From Macrostomum lignano (lineage: Eukaryota), in contig NIVC01001677.1 of assembly GCA_002269645.1 (NCBI GenBank), forward strand, positions 186,001 to 250,000: a stretch of DNA of 64,000 bases, given 5' to 3'. The notes beneath the pieces are model-generated. The model saw only the letters and a list, made by a program, of their open reading frames with translations. It was not told the origin of the DNA and made no database searches. Positions 1 to 15,404 of the stretch are shown here, piece after piece (position 1 is the first letter of the stretch; each line of letters begins with the position of its first letter). Both the position numbers and the translations under genes were made by a program.

Positions 1-1
1 G

Positions 2-136
2 ATCGAAGACGGCAAAGTACCTGGTTTTGCAGCCCTTGGAGAGCTAAAAGCACGCGAACCTGCACTCCAGTCACGATCGATCCATAAAATAAAAACGAAG
101 TTTTTCAATGAAATGAAAAAACGCGGCATTTTGTGA
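2..136 (+). CDS. Possible 3' end of an ORF truncated by the window edge (IEDGKVPGFAALGELKAREPALQSRSIHKIKTKFFNEMKKRGIL*)
   Basis: Open frame 2-136 ending TGA. The KVP...P.L..RS...IK.K..N pattern recalls C-terminal helical tails of mobile-element proteins (pattern recognition only). Confidence 0.25.
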   Translation: MEDGKVPGFAALGELKAREPALQSRSIHKIKTKFFNEMKKRGIL

Positions 137-329
137 CTAAACGCTTTATGATTGCTAACACTAAGATTAAAAAGCATCTATTAGTTTAGCTGACAAGAAA
201 TACCTGTTCACTATCGATAGCATAGCGATGGCTTTTGGGGGCGGTCCAAGTTTGGGACGCCAAAATGAGTATGAGGGGCGCCAATTTTTAAGCTGGGGGT
301 GCAAAAAACGTGTAGGGGGGGGAATGCGA

Positions 330-1190
330 GTCGCCGTTTTAAAAATGCTTCAATTTCTTGTATCTGTTTGATACAATTTCCATTTTAATAACTGTCGCCG
401 TTTTAAAAATGCTTCAATTTCTTGTATCTGTTTGATACAATTTCCATTTTAATAACTGTCGCCGTTTTAAAAATGCTTCAATTTCTTGTATCTGTTTGAT
501 ACAATTTCCATTTTAATAACTGTCGCCGTTTTAAAAATGCTTCAATTTCTTGTATCTGTTTGATACAATTTCCATTTTAATAACTGTCGCCGTTTTAAAA
601 ATGCTTCAATTTCTTGTATCTGTTTGATACAATTTCCATTTTAATAACTGTCGCCGTTTTAAAAATGCTTCAATTTCTTGTATCTGTTTGATACAATTTC
701 CATTTTAATAACTGTCGCCGTTTTAAAAATGCTTCAATTTCTTGTATCTGTTTGATACAATTTCCATTTTAATAACTGTCGCCGTTTTAAAAATGCTTCA
801 ATTTCTTGTATCTGTTTGATACAATTTCCATTTTAATAACTGTCGCCGTTTTAAAAATGCTTCAATTTCTTGTATCTGTTTGATACAATTTCCATTTTAA
901 TAACTGTCGCCGTTTTAAAAATGCTTCAATTTCTTGTATCTGTTTGATACAATTTCCATTTTAATAACTGTCGCCGTTTTAAAAATGCTTCAATTTCTTG
1001 TATCTGTTTGATACAATTTCCATTTTAATAACTGTCGCCGTTTTAAAAATGCTTCAATTTCTTGTATCTGTTTGATACAATTTCCATTTTAATAACTGTC
1101 GCCGTTTTAAAAATGCTTCAATTTCTTGTATCTGTTTGATACAATTTCCATTTTAATAACTGTTGCCCTTTTAAAAATGCTTCAACTTCT
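330..1190. repeat. 64-bp tandem satellite, 13 near-perfect copies plus a degenerate tail; partial copy at ~1355-1440
   Basis: Unit gtcgccgttttaaaaatgcttcaatttcttgtatctgtttgatacaatttccattttaataact recurs at 330, 394 ... 1162 with no spacers. Confidence 0.95.
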
Positions 1191-1874
1191 TGTACTCCCT
1201 ATGACTTTTTTAACTAATGCAATCCTAAGTTTGTTAAACGTGTAGTTTAAGAATGTACTTCCGGACTTAAATTAGTTTCAATGACTTTGCAGTTAGTTTA
1301 ATTAGGTTTAAATCTTTTGCGTTAAGGCAAGCGAAATGATGCGGTATTTATTTTCAAAATGCTTCAATTTCTTATATCTGTTTGATACAATTTCCATTTT
1401 AATAACTGTTGCCGTTTTAAAAATGCTTCAACTTCTTGTATCCCTGAGTGTGCGTTGTTTTTCTTTCGTAACTAATGCAGTTTAACCCATAGTTTAGTAA
1501 AGCTAAATAAATTCGTTTGAACCAGGGTTTTTTTAATAAAATGGAATCGTAAACCTTTTTTATCTTCTGTTTCTTGAGAATTTCTGTTTTAATTAGCCCA
1601 AAATAACAGTTTGAAACTCATAAATTTTCTACAAAGAAAGAGGTCTAACTAAACCAACTGTTTTTTTGCGGTCCACCTAACCCGGTCCCCAAAACGTAGT
1701 TAGTGAACCGCCACAGTTTCCACGAACTGGCTATTCCGTCAAGTTAACAAAAAGATAACCCTAGCTAGCCTTTCGCGTTGTCAAAACAGACTCTATTTTT
1801 TAACCGGAATTGCGTGGTCCACGTAACGCATTAACATAACTCAGGTCCCGCTAAACACACAGACAGTCGTAAGA

Positions 1875-2913
<1,039 letters not shown>

Positions 2914-4504
2914 TTGTCCTTTTCACAGATAAAAATGAATGCAAAGATACTGTTAATCTCACCTTTCAGTATACGTAAGGAAAGCTCTGCTTAGGTCAAA
3001 ATCAAGTCTTTACAAAAATAGGCGGTCTGCTTAAGATGAAAACTGCAGCAGTGCTTTTGAAAGGGAAAGGCAGGTGGATATGAGATGAGGAGAGGGGAGT
3101 TTTTGTTCCCAGCGGCCTACTTATCAATTATATATACGAGCGTAGTTACCAGGTACTTCTCTTCCTCTATTAATTCTATCTGTTGCGATGTGATCAGTGT
3201 GACGCAGTTGAGTCTCCTCTCTCTGAGCTCTCTTTCTATCTCTCCCGCTCCGTTGGGCGTCTGTTTTTGTCTCGATTTTTTTGGGAAAGGAAGGAACGAA
3301 AGGTTGATGCTAAAGCTTTAGAGAAGTGGAAAGAGAGAGTGAGTGGCGGGAGGTGGCCGACATGGGGGGGGGACGGTCGCGGTACCTTGATGGCGGCGGT
3401 GGGGGTGTTCTTTCGTGCGATTCCAATGCAACAACAGTTATAGCAGCCTAACCAACCGGGACCAAGCGGCCCGCAGCTTGCAGCGCAAATGCAGGCACAT
3501 ACTGTGTGGCTCTCTGGGGAATTTCATGGCATTCGCATTAAACTGACAGCAAAATCGTGTGCATGTGCACCTTCCACCGGCCTGTCTGCTTGCCTGCCAG
3601 TGCTTGCAGAAATTCTGAAGCGAGGTGATGTGCCCGCAGCACCTGCGACTATCACACGTATTGGGGTCTGAGTGAGACACTTTCTAAGGTCTTGAATGCA
3701 AGCGCACACGGGACAGGATAGGAAAGAGATGGAGAGAGTTAAACAGGTTTCAACTTCCGGTTGGGCTTGCTTGCCGTAGCAATTGGTTCTTTGCAGATAT
3801 CTGGTCGAAGAGGGTTTTGTTTTAACAACTGAACCTTTGGTAGAGCCTTGACAAGCCGGGCATTTCATGCAGAATCTGACACCGTTCACACTGCTTTTCT
3901 GTTTCTTCTTTTTTCTCTCGGCTTTTTTCCTGCTCTAACGTACGCAGCTTCTCAAAGTAGAAGTAACACTGCTGCCTCGTCATCACCTTCTGCAGTTTCT
4001 GCAGTTTCCCCTGTTTACTTAATTGCTCGCACTGGAGATTCAGGGGGGGGGGGGCGCATGGATACGCAGCACACTTACAGAAATCTGTGCTCGGGAAGGG
4101 CTTATAACAGCTCTAGTGCTGCGACTGTCTTTAATTATTGCTTGAAAGCAGAAAAACTAAGAATAATGAGGCTCAATTCCATATGGCTCTTGTCTTCTTC
4201 TTTTTCTGTTTTTTTATTTGCAACTGGTTTCTTCTGCACTTCACCTTTATAGTCTGTTTTTCGGTACTGCTCTGCTCCCTGCACTATTCCTTGTAAATAA
4301 TGGTTTTTTGGAATTGTCATGACCCACTGCTGGCTCTCCCTCTCTCGTGAAACTCCCAATTCGAACTTCCCCCAAAGGACAATATGATTTAACCTGAAAA
4401 CTGCGAGATCAAACAAGTCGCTTGCTTTGGGAAAGAAAAATAATTAGTAATAAAGTTGGAAAAGTTCAAGTGTAATGTCGCTCAAGCAATGTTTTCCTTT
4501 GCAG

Positions 4505-7500
4505 CTGACACGGCCAATTATTCTCAGCCGAAGGGTCCGCACGAGCCCTACGACGCTCGACCACCGGTTTATTCGAGCTTTCACGCCGAGCACTGCGCAG
4601 AATCGTTAACGGCTGTGCTTCGCTCCAATCCCGATCGGGTGGCGGAGTTTTGCGACCGGTTCCGGGGTAGACGGCTGCCACAGGCTCTTCGACAGTTCGT
4701 GTGGCGAGAGGGCCTGTTTAAGGCCGAGAGGAAGCGCAGCGGGCAATGGTGGGCCCTTGCTCGAGCTAGATGTCTATGGCCTGGGTGGCGTGCCTTAGAT
4801 GGGTGTGGCTTTATGAGCCTGATGTCTATGGCCTGGGTGGAGTGGCTTTAATTGGGCTGTGGCTTTATGAGCCTGATGTCTATGGCCTGGGTGGCTTGGC
4901 TTTATGAGCCTGATGTCTATGGCCTGGGTGGAGTGGCTTTAATTGGGCTGTGGCTTTATGAGCCTGATGTCTATGGCCTGGGTGGAGTGGCTTTAATTGG
5001 GCTGTGGCTTTATGAGCCTGATGTCTATGGCCTGGGTGGCTTGGCTTTATGAGCCTGATGTCTATGGCCTGGGTGGCTTGGCTTTATGAGCCTGATGTCT
5101 ATGGCCTGGGTGGCGTGCCTTAGATGGATGTGGCTTTATGAGCCTGATGTCTATGGCCTGGGTGGCGTGCCTTAGATGGATGTGGCTTTACGAGCCTGAT
5201 GTCTATGGCGTGGGTGGCGTGCCTTAGATGGATGTGGCTTTATGAGCCTGATGCCTATGGCCTGGGGTGGCGTGGCTTAGATCCAGAGGTGAGTCTAATA
5301 CTTATGAAACATCTCGTAGACAATTCTGTGGATTAGGGTGGATTCCGTAAGTTTAAACGTGGATTATGTGGATTCCGTAAGTTAAAACCCTTATCATATG
5401 TGCTGTATAACGATGTTTGATAGTTCCGGGACGGATATACACGTAGGCGCTTGTTCTACTCCGTGACTGTAATTTTAATTAGCTTCCAGACGTGGATGCA
5501 TCGTGACTGACTGTTCACCCTGCTGTCCGGGTTTTTAATTAATTAAAACTGTGCTGTCCGTCTCTAGTGCCCGTAAGAATTGGCAATTCAAAATGGCAAC
5601 TATTCAATTCTACACTCAGTTCAGTTTTCATTTATTGATCTTTGCATTTATAGGAGAAGAAAAAGTCGCAAATGAAGTACTTTTAGGCCGGTTTCTGGGG
5701 GGACGGGGGATATTGAAGTGAGCGAATTCTCATTCTCATTCCTCCGAGGGAATTTAGAAATTGCGTTGGGGAAACGGGTGACCACCATGGACCGCTAAAC
5801 CCCCGGACCCTGCTAAACTTTGCATTTATTAACGTTTTTGTTGTCGTTTGCATGGATGCTCTTATGTGCTGGCGCCCCTGGTGCTGGCGCCCCTGGTGCT
5901 GGCGCCCCTGGTGCTGGCGCCCCTGGTGCTAAAGCCCCTGGTGCTAAAGCCCCTGGTGCTAAAGCCCCTGGTGCTAAAGCCCTATGATACAAAATCCTGT
6001 CTAGGCCTGTTCAAAAGCAGCCAATGATCTCTATGCTGCAAACAGTGGAAGTGAAACTCCGCTTCCAGTCCAGGCGGGGGGGGGTCCATGACTTCACGGG
6101 GAGCCACCGAGCCGCGGGACCAATTTGTCAACTGCTTGTGCCAAGACCAATTCCTTTGAAAAGTGCATTTCATGATGGAGGAGGCTGTCCTTACCCCACC
6201 TAGATTGATTGCGCCAAAGCCAACTAAACGTTCAATTTAAAGCCGAACATTTGTCCCAATTCTTTTCAGGAATGTGGAGCGATTCTTTCGCGAACGATTC
6301 GGCAAAACGGTTGCTAGGGGCGTCGGCGAGCTGAAAATTAAACGGGCAACTCAATCGCCGATCAACAACCTTCTGGAGAATGCAGTTATTGAGGTTCGGA
6401 GTCTGGGGAGGCTGGAATGACTGATGAAGAAGTGATGGAGGCTCTATTACTATATAGTATTGCTTCTCTTTGATTAATAAAAATCGATTCGGTGCAGCTT
6501 ATTTGAACTTGAAATTTCATTTTGGACCCAACTTTCCTAATTTACTGTTTTCTCGCATTTCGCCTTTCTCCTCTGCAGATGTGTCCGATATACTCCAGTT
6601 ATGTTTCCAATCCACCCGATATGAACTGATCTCTCTTAACCTCTATGATCTACTATCTCCTCTCCCCCTTACTCTTATACCAATCTATATTGCTCATCTC
6701 TCACCCTCTTTCCTCCTAACCTTAACATTTTTATTCTCCATCTCACCTCTCCCCTCTACTCTCTCGCCTCTCCTCTCTCACCTCTCCTCTCTCCCCTCTC
6801 CTCTCTCCCCTCTCCCCTCTCCCCTCTCACCTCTCCTCTTTCCCCTCTCCTCTCTCGCCTCTCCTCTCTCACCTCTCTTCTATCATCTCTCCTCTCTCCC
6901 CTCTCCTCTCTCCCCTCTCCCCTCTCACCTCTCCTCTCTCACTTCTCTCTCACTTTTCCTCCCTCACCTCTCCTCTATCACCTCTCAACTCTCACCTCTC
7001 CGCTCTCCTCCCTCACCTCTCCTCTCTCACCTCTTCTCTCTCACCTCTCCTCTCTCACCTCTCCTCTCTCACCTCTCAACTCTCCCCTCTCTTCTCGTCT
7101 CCTCTCCTATCAGCTTCTCCGTCTACCCTTATCCTCGTTTATTTCTCTCTCCTTTCACTTTTCACCCCTCTCTTCAATCCAATCTATCTCTTCTCCCCTT
7201 TGCCCTTTTGTCTTCCCTTTTTCCCACTCCTTATCTAATCTACCCTCTCTTCTCTACACCTCCCCCTATTTGACCTATACTATAACATCAATAAGGTGAA
7301 AATCTGCGCCGACCTTCGCAATCTGTCCCTTCCGCTTCCCTCTCCAGTTTTTATTTTCGCGTTATCACTTCCCGATTCGGCACCGCAGCCAGTTTCTGCA
7401 TTCTTGATAATCCCAAACCTCTGGATTGTTTATTATTTTCTAATCCTTATCTATCTGTCTTCTCTCTCGCTTTTGCAAAATGTAAAACTCCAATAGGCAA

Positions 7501-10500
7501 GCCTCGGTCCTTACCTCTCTGTCCACTTCTTGATGCTCCTCTGTCTGATCCCAGAAAGACGCGGGGTCAGTCAGGTCGTGGACGCATGCCTGACAGGGAA
7601 TATTTTCCCATGGGATTTCGGCTTGGTAGGAGAAAATTTCGTTGCGCAATTTTGTCTGCCATCGGGGATGAAGCTGTCTGATAAGGTGCTTTGAAATCCC
7701 CCTTTTAGAAGGGCCTGGAGGTTGATGCGGATTTCCATTTTCTTCAAAAAAGTTTTCTCAGAATATGCACAGCCTCGATCAGAATAAGGGGCGGCGATCT
7801 AAAGTAGAGAGTTGCTGGTCAAGTACCTCTGGTCCTTTGGGGAATTTATCTGAAGTTATTTTGGGTTCTTAGTTGATTTCGGGTGTGGGTTAGTTGAGTT
7901 CGGGTGTGGGTTAGTTGAGTTCGGGTGTGGGTTAGTTGAGTTCGGGTGTGGGTTAGTTGATTTCGGGTGTGGGTTAGTTGATTTCGGGTGTGGGTTAGTT
8001 GATTTCGGGTGTGGGTTAGTTGATTTCGGGTGTGGGTTAGTTTATTTCGGGTGTGGGTTAGTTGATTTCGGGTGTGGGTTAGTTGGATGATTTTGGGTGT
8101 GGGTTAGTTGATTTCGGGTGTGGGTTAGTTGGATGATTTCGGGTGTGGGTTAGTTGATTTCGGGTGTGGGTTAGTTGGATGATTTCGGGTGTGGGTTAGT
8201 TGATTTCGGGTGTGGGTTAGTTGGATGATTTCGGGTGTGGGTTAGTTGATTTCGGGTGTGGGTTAGTTGGATGATTTCGGGTGTGGGTTAGTTGATTTCG
8301 GGTGTGGGTTAGTTGATTTCGAGTGTGGGTTAGTTTATCTCGCGTGTGGGTTAGTTGATTTCGGGTGTGGGTTAGTTGATTTCGGTTTTGGCTTAGTTTA
8401 TTTTTTGTGTTTATAGATCGTCCTCACCATATACAATCCCATTTACAGACATACGAAAAGACCAGCGCCACAAAGGAGCTCAACAATTCTCTGTTCCTCA
8501 CTGAGGCTGTTCGAGTTCTCAACGTGCTGTACGTGTACGACCGCAGCTATGAGCCATTTCTCATCCTGTGGCTGGTGCCACTTCAGGTGGCCTTCAGAGA
8601 CGAGGCGAGCGCCACAGACTTGGGTGAGCTAGAATTCTCTGCCATAGTTTCTGATGCTCAAATTGGTACTATAAAGCGAAATGAGGTGAGCAATGAGGCG
8701 TCATGAGATTAGAAAAATGAGGCCCCATGAGATGAGCAATGAGGTGCCATAAGGTGAACAATGAGGCGCCATGAGGTGAGCAATGAGGTGCCATGAGGTG
8801 AGCAATGAGGCGCCATGAGGTGAGCAATGAGGCGTCATGAGATTAGAAAAATGAGGCGCCATGAGATTAGAAATGAGGCGCCATGAGGTGGGCAATGAGG
8901 TGCCATGAGATTAGCAATGAGGTGCCATGAGATTAGAAATGAGGCGCCATGAGATTAGAAATGAGGCGCCATGAGGTGGGCAATGAGGTGCCATGAGATT
9001 AGCAATGAGGCGCCATGAGATTAGCAATGAGGCGCCATGAGATTAGAAATGAGGCGCCATGAGATTAGAAATGAGGCGCCATGAGATTAGAAATGAGGTG
9101 CCATGAGATTAGAAATGAGGCGCCATGAGATTAGAAATGAGGCGCCATGAGGTGGGCAATGAGGTGCCATGAGGTGAGCAATGAAGCGCCATGAGGTGAG
9201 CAATGAGGCGCCATGAGGTGAGCAATGAGGCGCCATGAGGTGAGCAATGAGGCGCCATGAGGTGAGTAATGAGGCGCCATGAGGTGAGCAATGAGGCGCC
9301 ATGAGGTGAGCAATGAGGCGCCATGAGGTGAGCAATGTCCGCAAAAACTGTCAGGACAAAAGTCTCAATAAGTCTCATGCAAAAAGACAATCCTATTATT
9401 GCACGCATTTACACATCTAAGTGTGAGACCCGGCAACCCTCCACTGTCACTCCGGGCCTTATAATAACTAATAAAAGGCCAAGTGAGGTCAGCCGAAGCT
9501 AAGCAGCTTAGTTTTTTTGTTATAAATTTCGTCGCGGTGGGTAACAGCGGTGGAAGAGATTCCAACTATAACGACTGTATTCTCTGCCTGCCTGCCCTGT
9601 CAATCACTGCAGGGCTGCCCCACATGTGTGTGTTATATTAAACTATGCAGTGCTTACTTGCACTTAGAAAACCATGACTCACTTACAGGGGGGGGGGTAC
9701 TCATACACTTCTCAAAAAACGATTCTATTGTCTGGCAGTCAAGTGCGGATTAGCGAGTGTTTTATTGTCTAGAACTGGGGGGCGCTGGATCGGAAAGCAA
9801 GAAGCAGTTGCTGGTGAAGCGGTGAGGGGCAGGAAATGCACGTGACTGAAAGACTAATATCTTGTCTATACTTCCTATAAAGAATGGATTGAAAATATTC
9901 AATTTGAGAGAAAGAAGAAAGAGAGTAGTAGAGATAAGATAGTAAAGATGAGAGAGAGTAAAGTTGAGAGTAGATTAGAGAGTAGAGTAGAGGGGTAGAG
10001 AGTAAAGTTGCGAGTAGAGATAAAAGAGTAGAGATGAGAGAAAGCAGATTTTAGAATAGAGAGTAGAGATAAGAGAGTAGAGATGGGAGAGAGTAGATTT
10101 TTTAGTAGAGAGTAGAGATGAGAGAGTAGAGATGGGAGAGAGTAGATTTTTTAGTAGAGAGTAGAGATGAGAGAGTAGAGATGGGAGAGAGTAGATTTTT
10201 GAGTAGAGAGTAGAGATGAGAGAGTAGAGATGGGAGAGAGTAGATCTAAGAGTAGAGAGTAGAGATGCGAGATTAGAGATGGGAGAGAGTAGATTTTTTA
10301 GTAAAGAGTAGAGATGAGAGAGTAGAGATAGGAGAGAGTAGATTTTTGAGTAGAGTAGAGATGAGAGAGTAGAGATAGGAGAGAGTAGATTTTTTAGTAA
10401 AGAGTAGAGAGCAGAGAGTAGAGATAGGAGAGAGTAGATTTTTGAGTAGAGAGTATAGATGAGAGAGTAGAGATAGGAGAGAGTAGATTTTTGAGTAGAG

Positions 10501-13500
10501 AGTAGAGATGAGAGAGTAGAGATGGGAGAGAGTAGATCTAAGAGTAGAGAGTAGAGATGAGAGAGTAGAGATGGGAGAGAGTAGATTTTAAAGTAGAGAG
10601 AATATGGGGGAGAGAGTTAGGGAGAGGGAGAGAAGTAATTTAGAGATATTTTATTCCAAAGGGAAACCACACCGGACATTTATATCTACCCTGCATGCGG
10701 TAAAGAAGTACAGAGAGCGCTTATCTAAATCTGTAATCAATGGGAGTCGACAGACAACCAGCGCGCATCAAAGGTGCTTCAAAACTTGATTGTCAAACTC
10801 TGCTGGGCGAACGGCGTTAATTAACACAGAACTGATGCTCGCGGTCTCTGCACGCGGCTTGATACCGAATCAAGAGGCTGAGTAACGGGATGCTGGGGGA
10901 AACTGCACAGCCAGCTTGATTGATGGCGATGAGTCACACGATCTTCGTGGCTTTGAAGTCGGTCTCATAATAAAAAACCGAGCTTAAAACCGAAGCCTAG
11001 CTTGTTAGAGGATTGCGGATAGGGATACAGGTAGGGGGGGAGCTTAGGTAAGGTTGCGTGGATGAGATCCGGGTCGTTGGAGCATTAATCCATGATTCGG
11101 TTCGGGGCGGGGCGGGGTTGTGACGCAACCGCTGCATACGAGACTCTTTGTCCTCAAACTGTATACTGACTGTTCACTTGATCTCTTTTGTAACCTGTTC
11201 AGGTTTTTGTAAAGCCGCCTTTTGAAATATGATTTTTTTCTATTCATTTTCATTTATTGCCGATTTCAAAGCATCTATGTTTATATTGAGATAGGAGCGT
11301 AAAAGAAAGGGATTCTGTATTTCTTAGCATGCTAAAAAGGTAATCCTATATTGATTTCACAGAATATTGTGCACTGGATTCATTGATTCTGTACATTATT
11401 GGATTCTGTACACATGACTTTGTACACATGATTCTTTAAACATTCTGTACGCATGGTTCTGTACACATGACTTTGTACACATGATTCTTTAAACATTCTG
11501 TATTCATGGTTCTGTGCACATGACTGTACATATGACTGTACACATGATTCTTTAAACATTGTGTACACATGGTTCTGTACACATGACTTTGTAAACATGA
11601 TTCTTTAAACATTCTGTACACATGGTTCTGTGCACATGACTGTACATATGACTGTACACATGGTTTTGTACACATTATCATGTACACATGACACATGCAC
11701 ACATGTACATATGACTGTACACATGGTTTTTACACATTATTATGTACACCTGACTGTACATATGACTGTACACATGGTTTTGTACACATTATCATGTACA
11801 CATGACACATGCACACACGTACATATGACTGTACACATGGTTTTTACACATTATTATGTACACCTGACTGTACATATGACTGTACACATGGTTCTGTACA
11901 CATGTTTGTTGACTGTACACGTGACTGTACACATGATTATTTGATATTATCTTATATCATATCAAATATCATAGCATCTTAGCGGACCTCGAGAAAGCCA
12001 TACTAATCTTGCTTATCTGTGCAGCATCCGAGGTTGAAGCAAGTAATACAACAGATTATCCTGGATACAAAGAAGTAAATGAGAGTCATCTGAGGATCCC
12101 CTGGGGACTGGAGTAAAAGGTGACGAGTGATAGGGGCTGTAGCCAATCGCTAATTGCTAGATCAAGATAAGGAATGCCAAAGGATGTTGAACTTTCGTCA
12201 TTCATTTGTGGAAACCTGAGCTTACCATTTAATTCTCAATGCACCATAAGAATAATACGAACTATTGATTATCTACAGTTCTGTCCCATTCCTAATAAAG
12301 TCGGACCAAGCCGCAGATTTTTCGTGACCTGAACAACCGACCAACTCCCCTCGTGTGCCCTGAAGGGATTTTTTTGTAAGAAAAAAATGGGGGAAGAATT
12401 AATTAATGAGCGAAGATAAAAAAGTGTTTTGCACCGCTTATTTTTTTGTGTCTTGGTAGGTTACAAAGTTAAGACACAAGAAGACATTTATTTGAGAAGT
12501 TTTGTCAATTTTTGATCCACAGACACTAGACTCCTATCGCAGACACAACAGACTCCTATCGCAGACACAACAGACTCCTATCGCAGACACAACAGACTCC
12601 TATCGCAGACACAACAGACTCCTATCGCAGACACAACAGACTCCTATCGAAGACACAACAGAATCCTATCGCAGACACAACAGACTCCTATCGCAGACAC
12701 AACAGACTCCTATCGCAGACACAACAGACTCCTATCGCAGACACAACAGACTCCTATCACAGACACAACAGACTCCTATCGCAGACACAACAGACTCCTA
12801 TCGCAGACACAACAGAAATCTATCAAAGACACAACAGACTCCTATCGCAGACACATCAGAAATCTATCGAAGACACAACAGACTCCTATCGCAGACACAA
12901 CAGAATCCTATAGCAGACACAACAGACTCCTACCGCAGACACAACAGAATCCTATCGCAGACACAACAGACTCCTATCGCAGACACAACAGACTCCTATC
13001 GCAGACACAACTAAACCCAAGAATACATCATGAAACCAATTCCAGGTGAGCAGGTGTACGAGCTGGCGATGCTGCTCAGCCTGCTGCACCAGGGCACATA
13101 TCCGGGATGGTCAACCGTGTTCGCAATTGCCGAGCGAAGCCTCGAGCTGGTTAAGGAGGCCGACCCAGAGTTTCACGCCCACCTGATCGACATCGCCACA
13201 AAGAACATCGACGCCAATTTGAAAGATTTCATGGTCCAAGTGATTCACGAAGAATTCGAACGGGCCCAGAGTCTGCTCCGGACACATTCGGACAGTCCGA
13301 GGCAGCAGAGGCTGTCAAAAAATGTGCTCGTTAATCCGGCTATCTTCTTGCGCAAGTGGATCGGAGAGGTGAGGCCACTGGGTTGCTGTGGGGTTAATGA
13401 AGGCAGGTTAAATGTGAAGGTCGTAGGAGGTGTCAAGACAGAAGTCAATCTAGGGGTCAGTGAAGTGGTTAATTGAGGGGTCAATTGGTGTTTGATAAAG

Positions 13501-14736
13501 TATTGTAATTAGCGTAGGAGACATATCGTAGAAAGACATAAAGATAAAAGACGAGGGTTAGTGCCAATAGTGCCCTTAGCGAGCATCTTTGGAGGGGTTG
13601 GAGAGGTCACTGGAGGGGATAGAGAGGTCCACTGGAGGGTAGGAGAGGTCACTGGAAGGGTTGGAGACGTCACTAGAGGGGATAGAGAGGTCCACTGGAG
13701 GGTAGGAGAGGTCACTTGAATTGGGGGAAGGGCACTGGAGAGGTCAATGGAGCTGGGGTCACTGGAGAGATCAACGGATAGGTCACTGGAGAGGTCAATG
13801 GAGGGGTCACTGGAGAGGTCAATGGAGGGGTCAATGGAGAGGTCAACGGAAGGGTCACTGGAGAGTTTAATGGAGGGGTCACTAGAGAGTTCAACAGAGG
13901 GGTCACTAGAGAGTCAAGTGAGTTTTTCAGTTCAAGGTCAGGAGCAGGCTTTGCATACCATTTATTAATCCGTGGTCTTTTTATTGCACGGGCAATCAGC
14001 CCTCAAATAAGATCGTCGCTTTTTTGTCTACTTCCCCAGTTCGTCCCAAACTAACGAGTATATACGAGTGTATTTAAGCTTCTAGCTCAGATCTGGGAAA
14101 TCTCTCTATGCAAAAGCTGCGCCCCCCCCCTGATATTGATCTCATTGCGGAGTTAGCCTAGAGGCAGGGCGATTCCCCAGGGTGACTGTAGCCCAAAATT
14201 TCAAAACAGCCGACTGACTTCCCTCCGAGCTGGACGTATTTCCACGAAACGAATTTGTTTATTGCCAGAGGCCAAATTAAACTGCTCTGAGGAGTTCTGT
14301 TTCAACTGATTCTTTACGCGTGCGATGCTCTGATGGCTCTTAAAGGGACATGATCTACACCTTCCCTGGTCTATACCCTCATTGTCTACTCGCTGTCCTC
14401 TCTACTTTATCTCCTCCCCCACTTCTTTCTACTCTCTCTCGTCTCTTCCCTCTCTCTTCTCTCTTCTCTCTCTTCTGTACTGTCCTCTTTTTCTTTTCTC
14501 TCTTTCTCCCCTCTTCTCTCCTCTCCCCCCTCTCTTCTCTCCCCTGTCTTCTCTCCCCTCTCTCCTCTCTCTTCTCTACCCTCTCTTCTCTCCCTCTCTT
14601 CTCTCCCCTGTCTTCTCTCCCCTCTCTCCTCTCTCTTCTCTACCCTCTCTTCTCTCCCTCTCTTCTCTCCCCTGTCTTCTCTCCCCTCTCTCCTCTCTCT
14701 TCTCTACCCTCTCTTCTCTCCCTCTATTCTCTCCCC

Positions 14737-14772
<36 letters not shown>

Positions 14773-14773
14773 T

Positions 14774-14804
<31 letters not shown>

Positions 14805-14815
14805 ATTCTCTCCCC

Positions 14816-14851
<36 letters not shown>

Positions 14852-14861
14852 TCTCTTCTCT

Positions 14862-14923
<62 letters not shown>

Positions 14924-14956
14924 ATTCTCTCCCCTGTCTTCTCTCCCCTCTCTCCT

Positions 14957-15004
<48 letters not shown>

Positions 15005-15022
15005 CTCCTCTCTTCTCTCCCC

Positions 15023-15062
<40 letters not shown>

Positions 15063-15154
15063 ATTCTCTCCCCTGTCTTCTCTCCCCTCTCTCCTCTCTC
15101 TTCTCTACCCTCTCTTCTCTCCCTCTATTCTCTCCCCTCTCTCTCCTCTCTTCC

Positions 15155-15247
<93 letters not shown>

Positions 15248-15259
15248 ATTCTCTCCCCT

Positions 15260-15314
<55 letters not shown>

Positions 15315-15323
15315 CCCTCCCCT

Positions 15324-15404
<81 letters not shown>

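Noticed and set aside
330-1190. CRISPR-like array (regular palindromic repeat)
   Set aside because: Units are contiguous with no unique spacers, there are no cas genes, and the context is eukaryotic.
7440-7850. Possible decayed retroelement ORF fragment on - (similar pieces at 59630-60137)
   Set aside because: The frames are interrupted and I could not recognise a diagnostic RT or endonuclease motif.
7865-8400. Telomeric repeat (gggttag)
   Set aside because: Only one hexamer per 21-bp unit; not a (TTAGGG)n tract.
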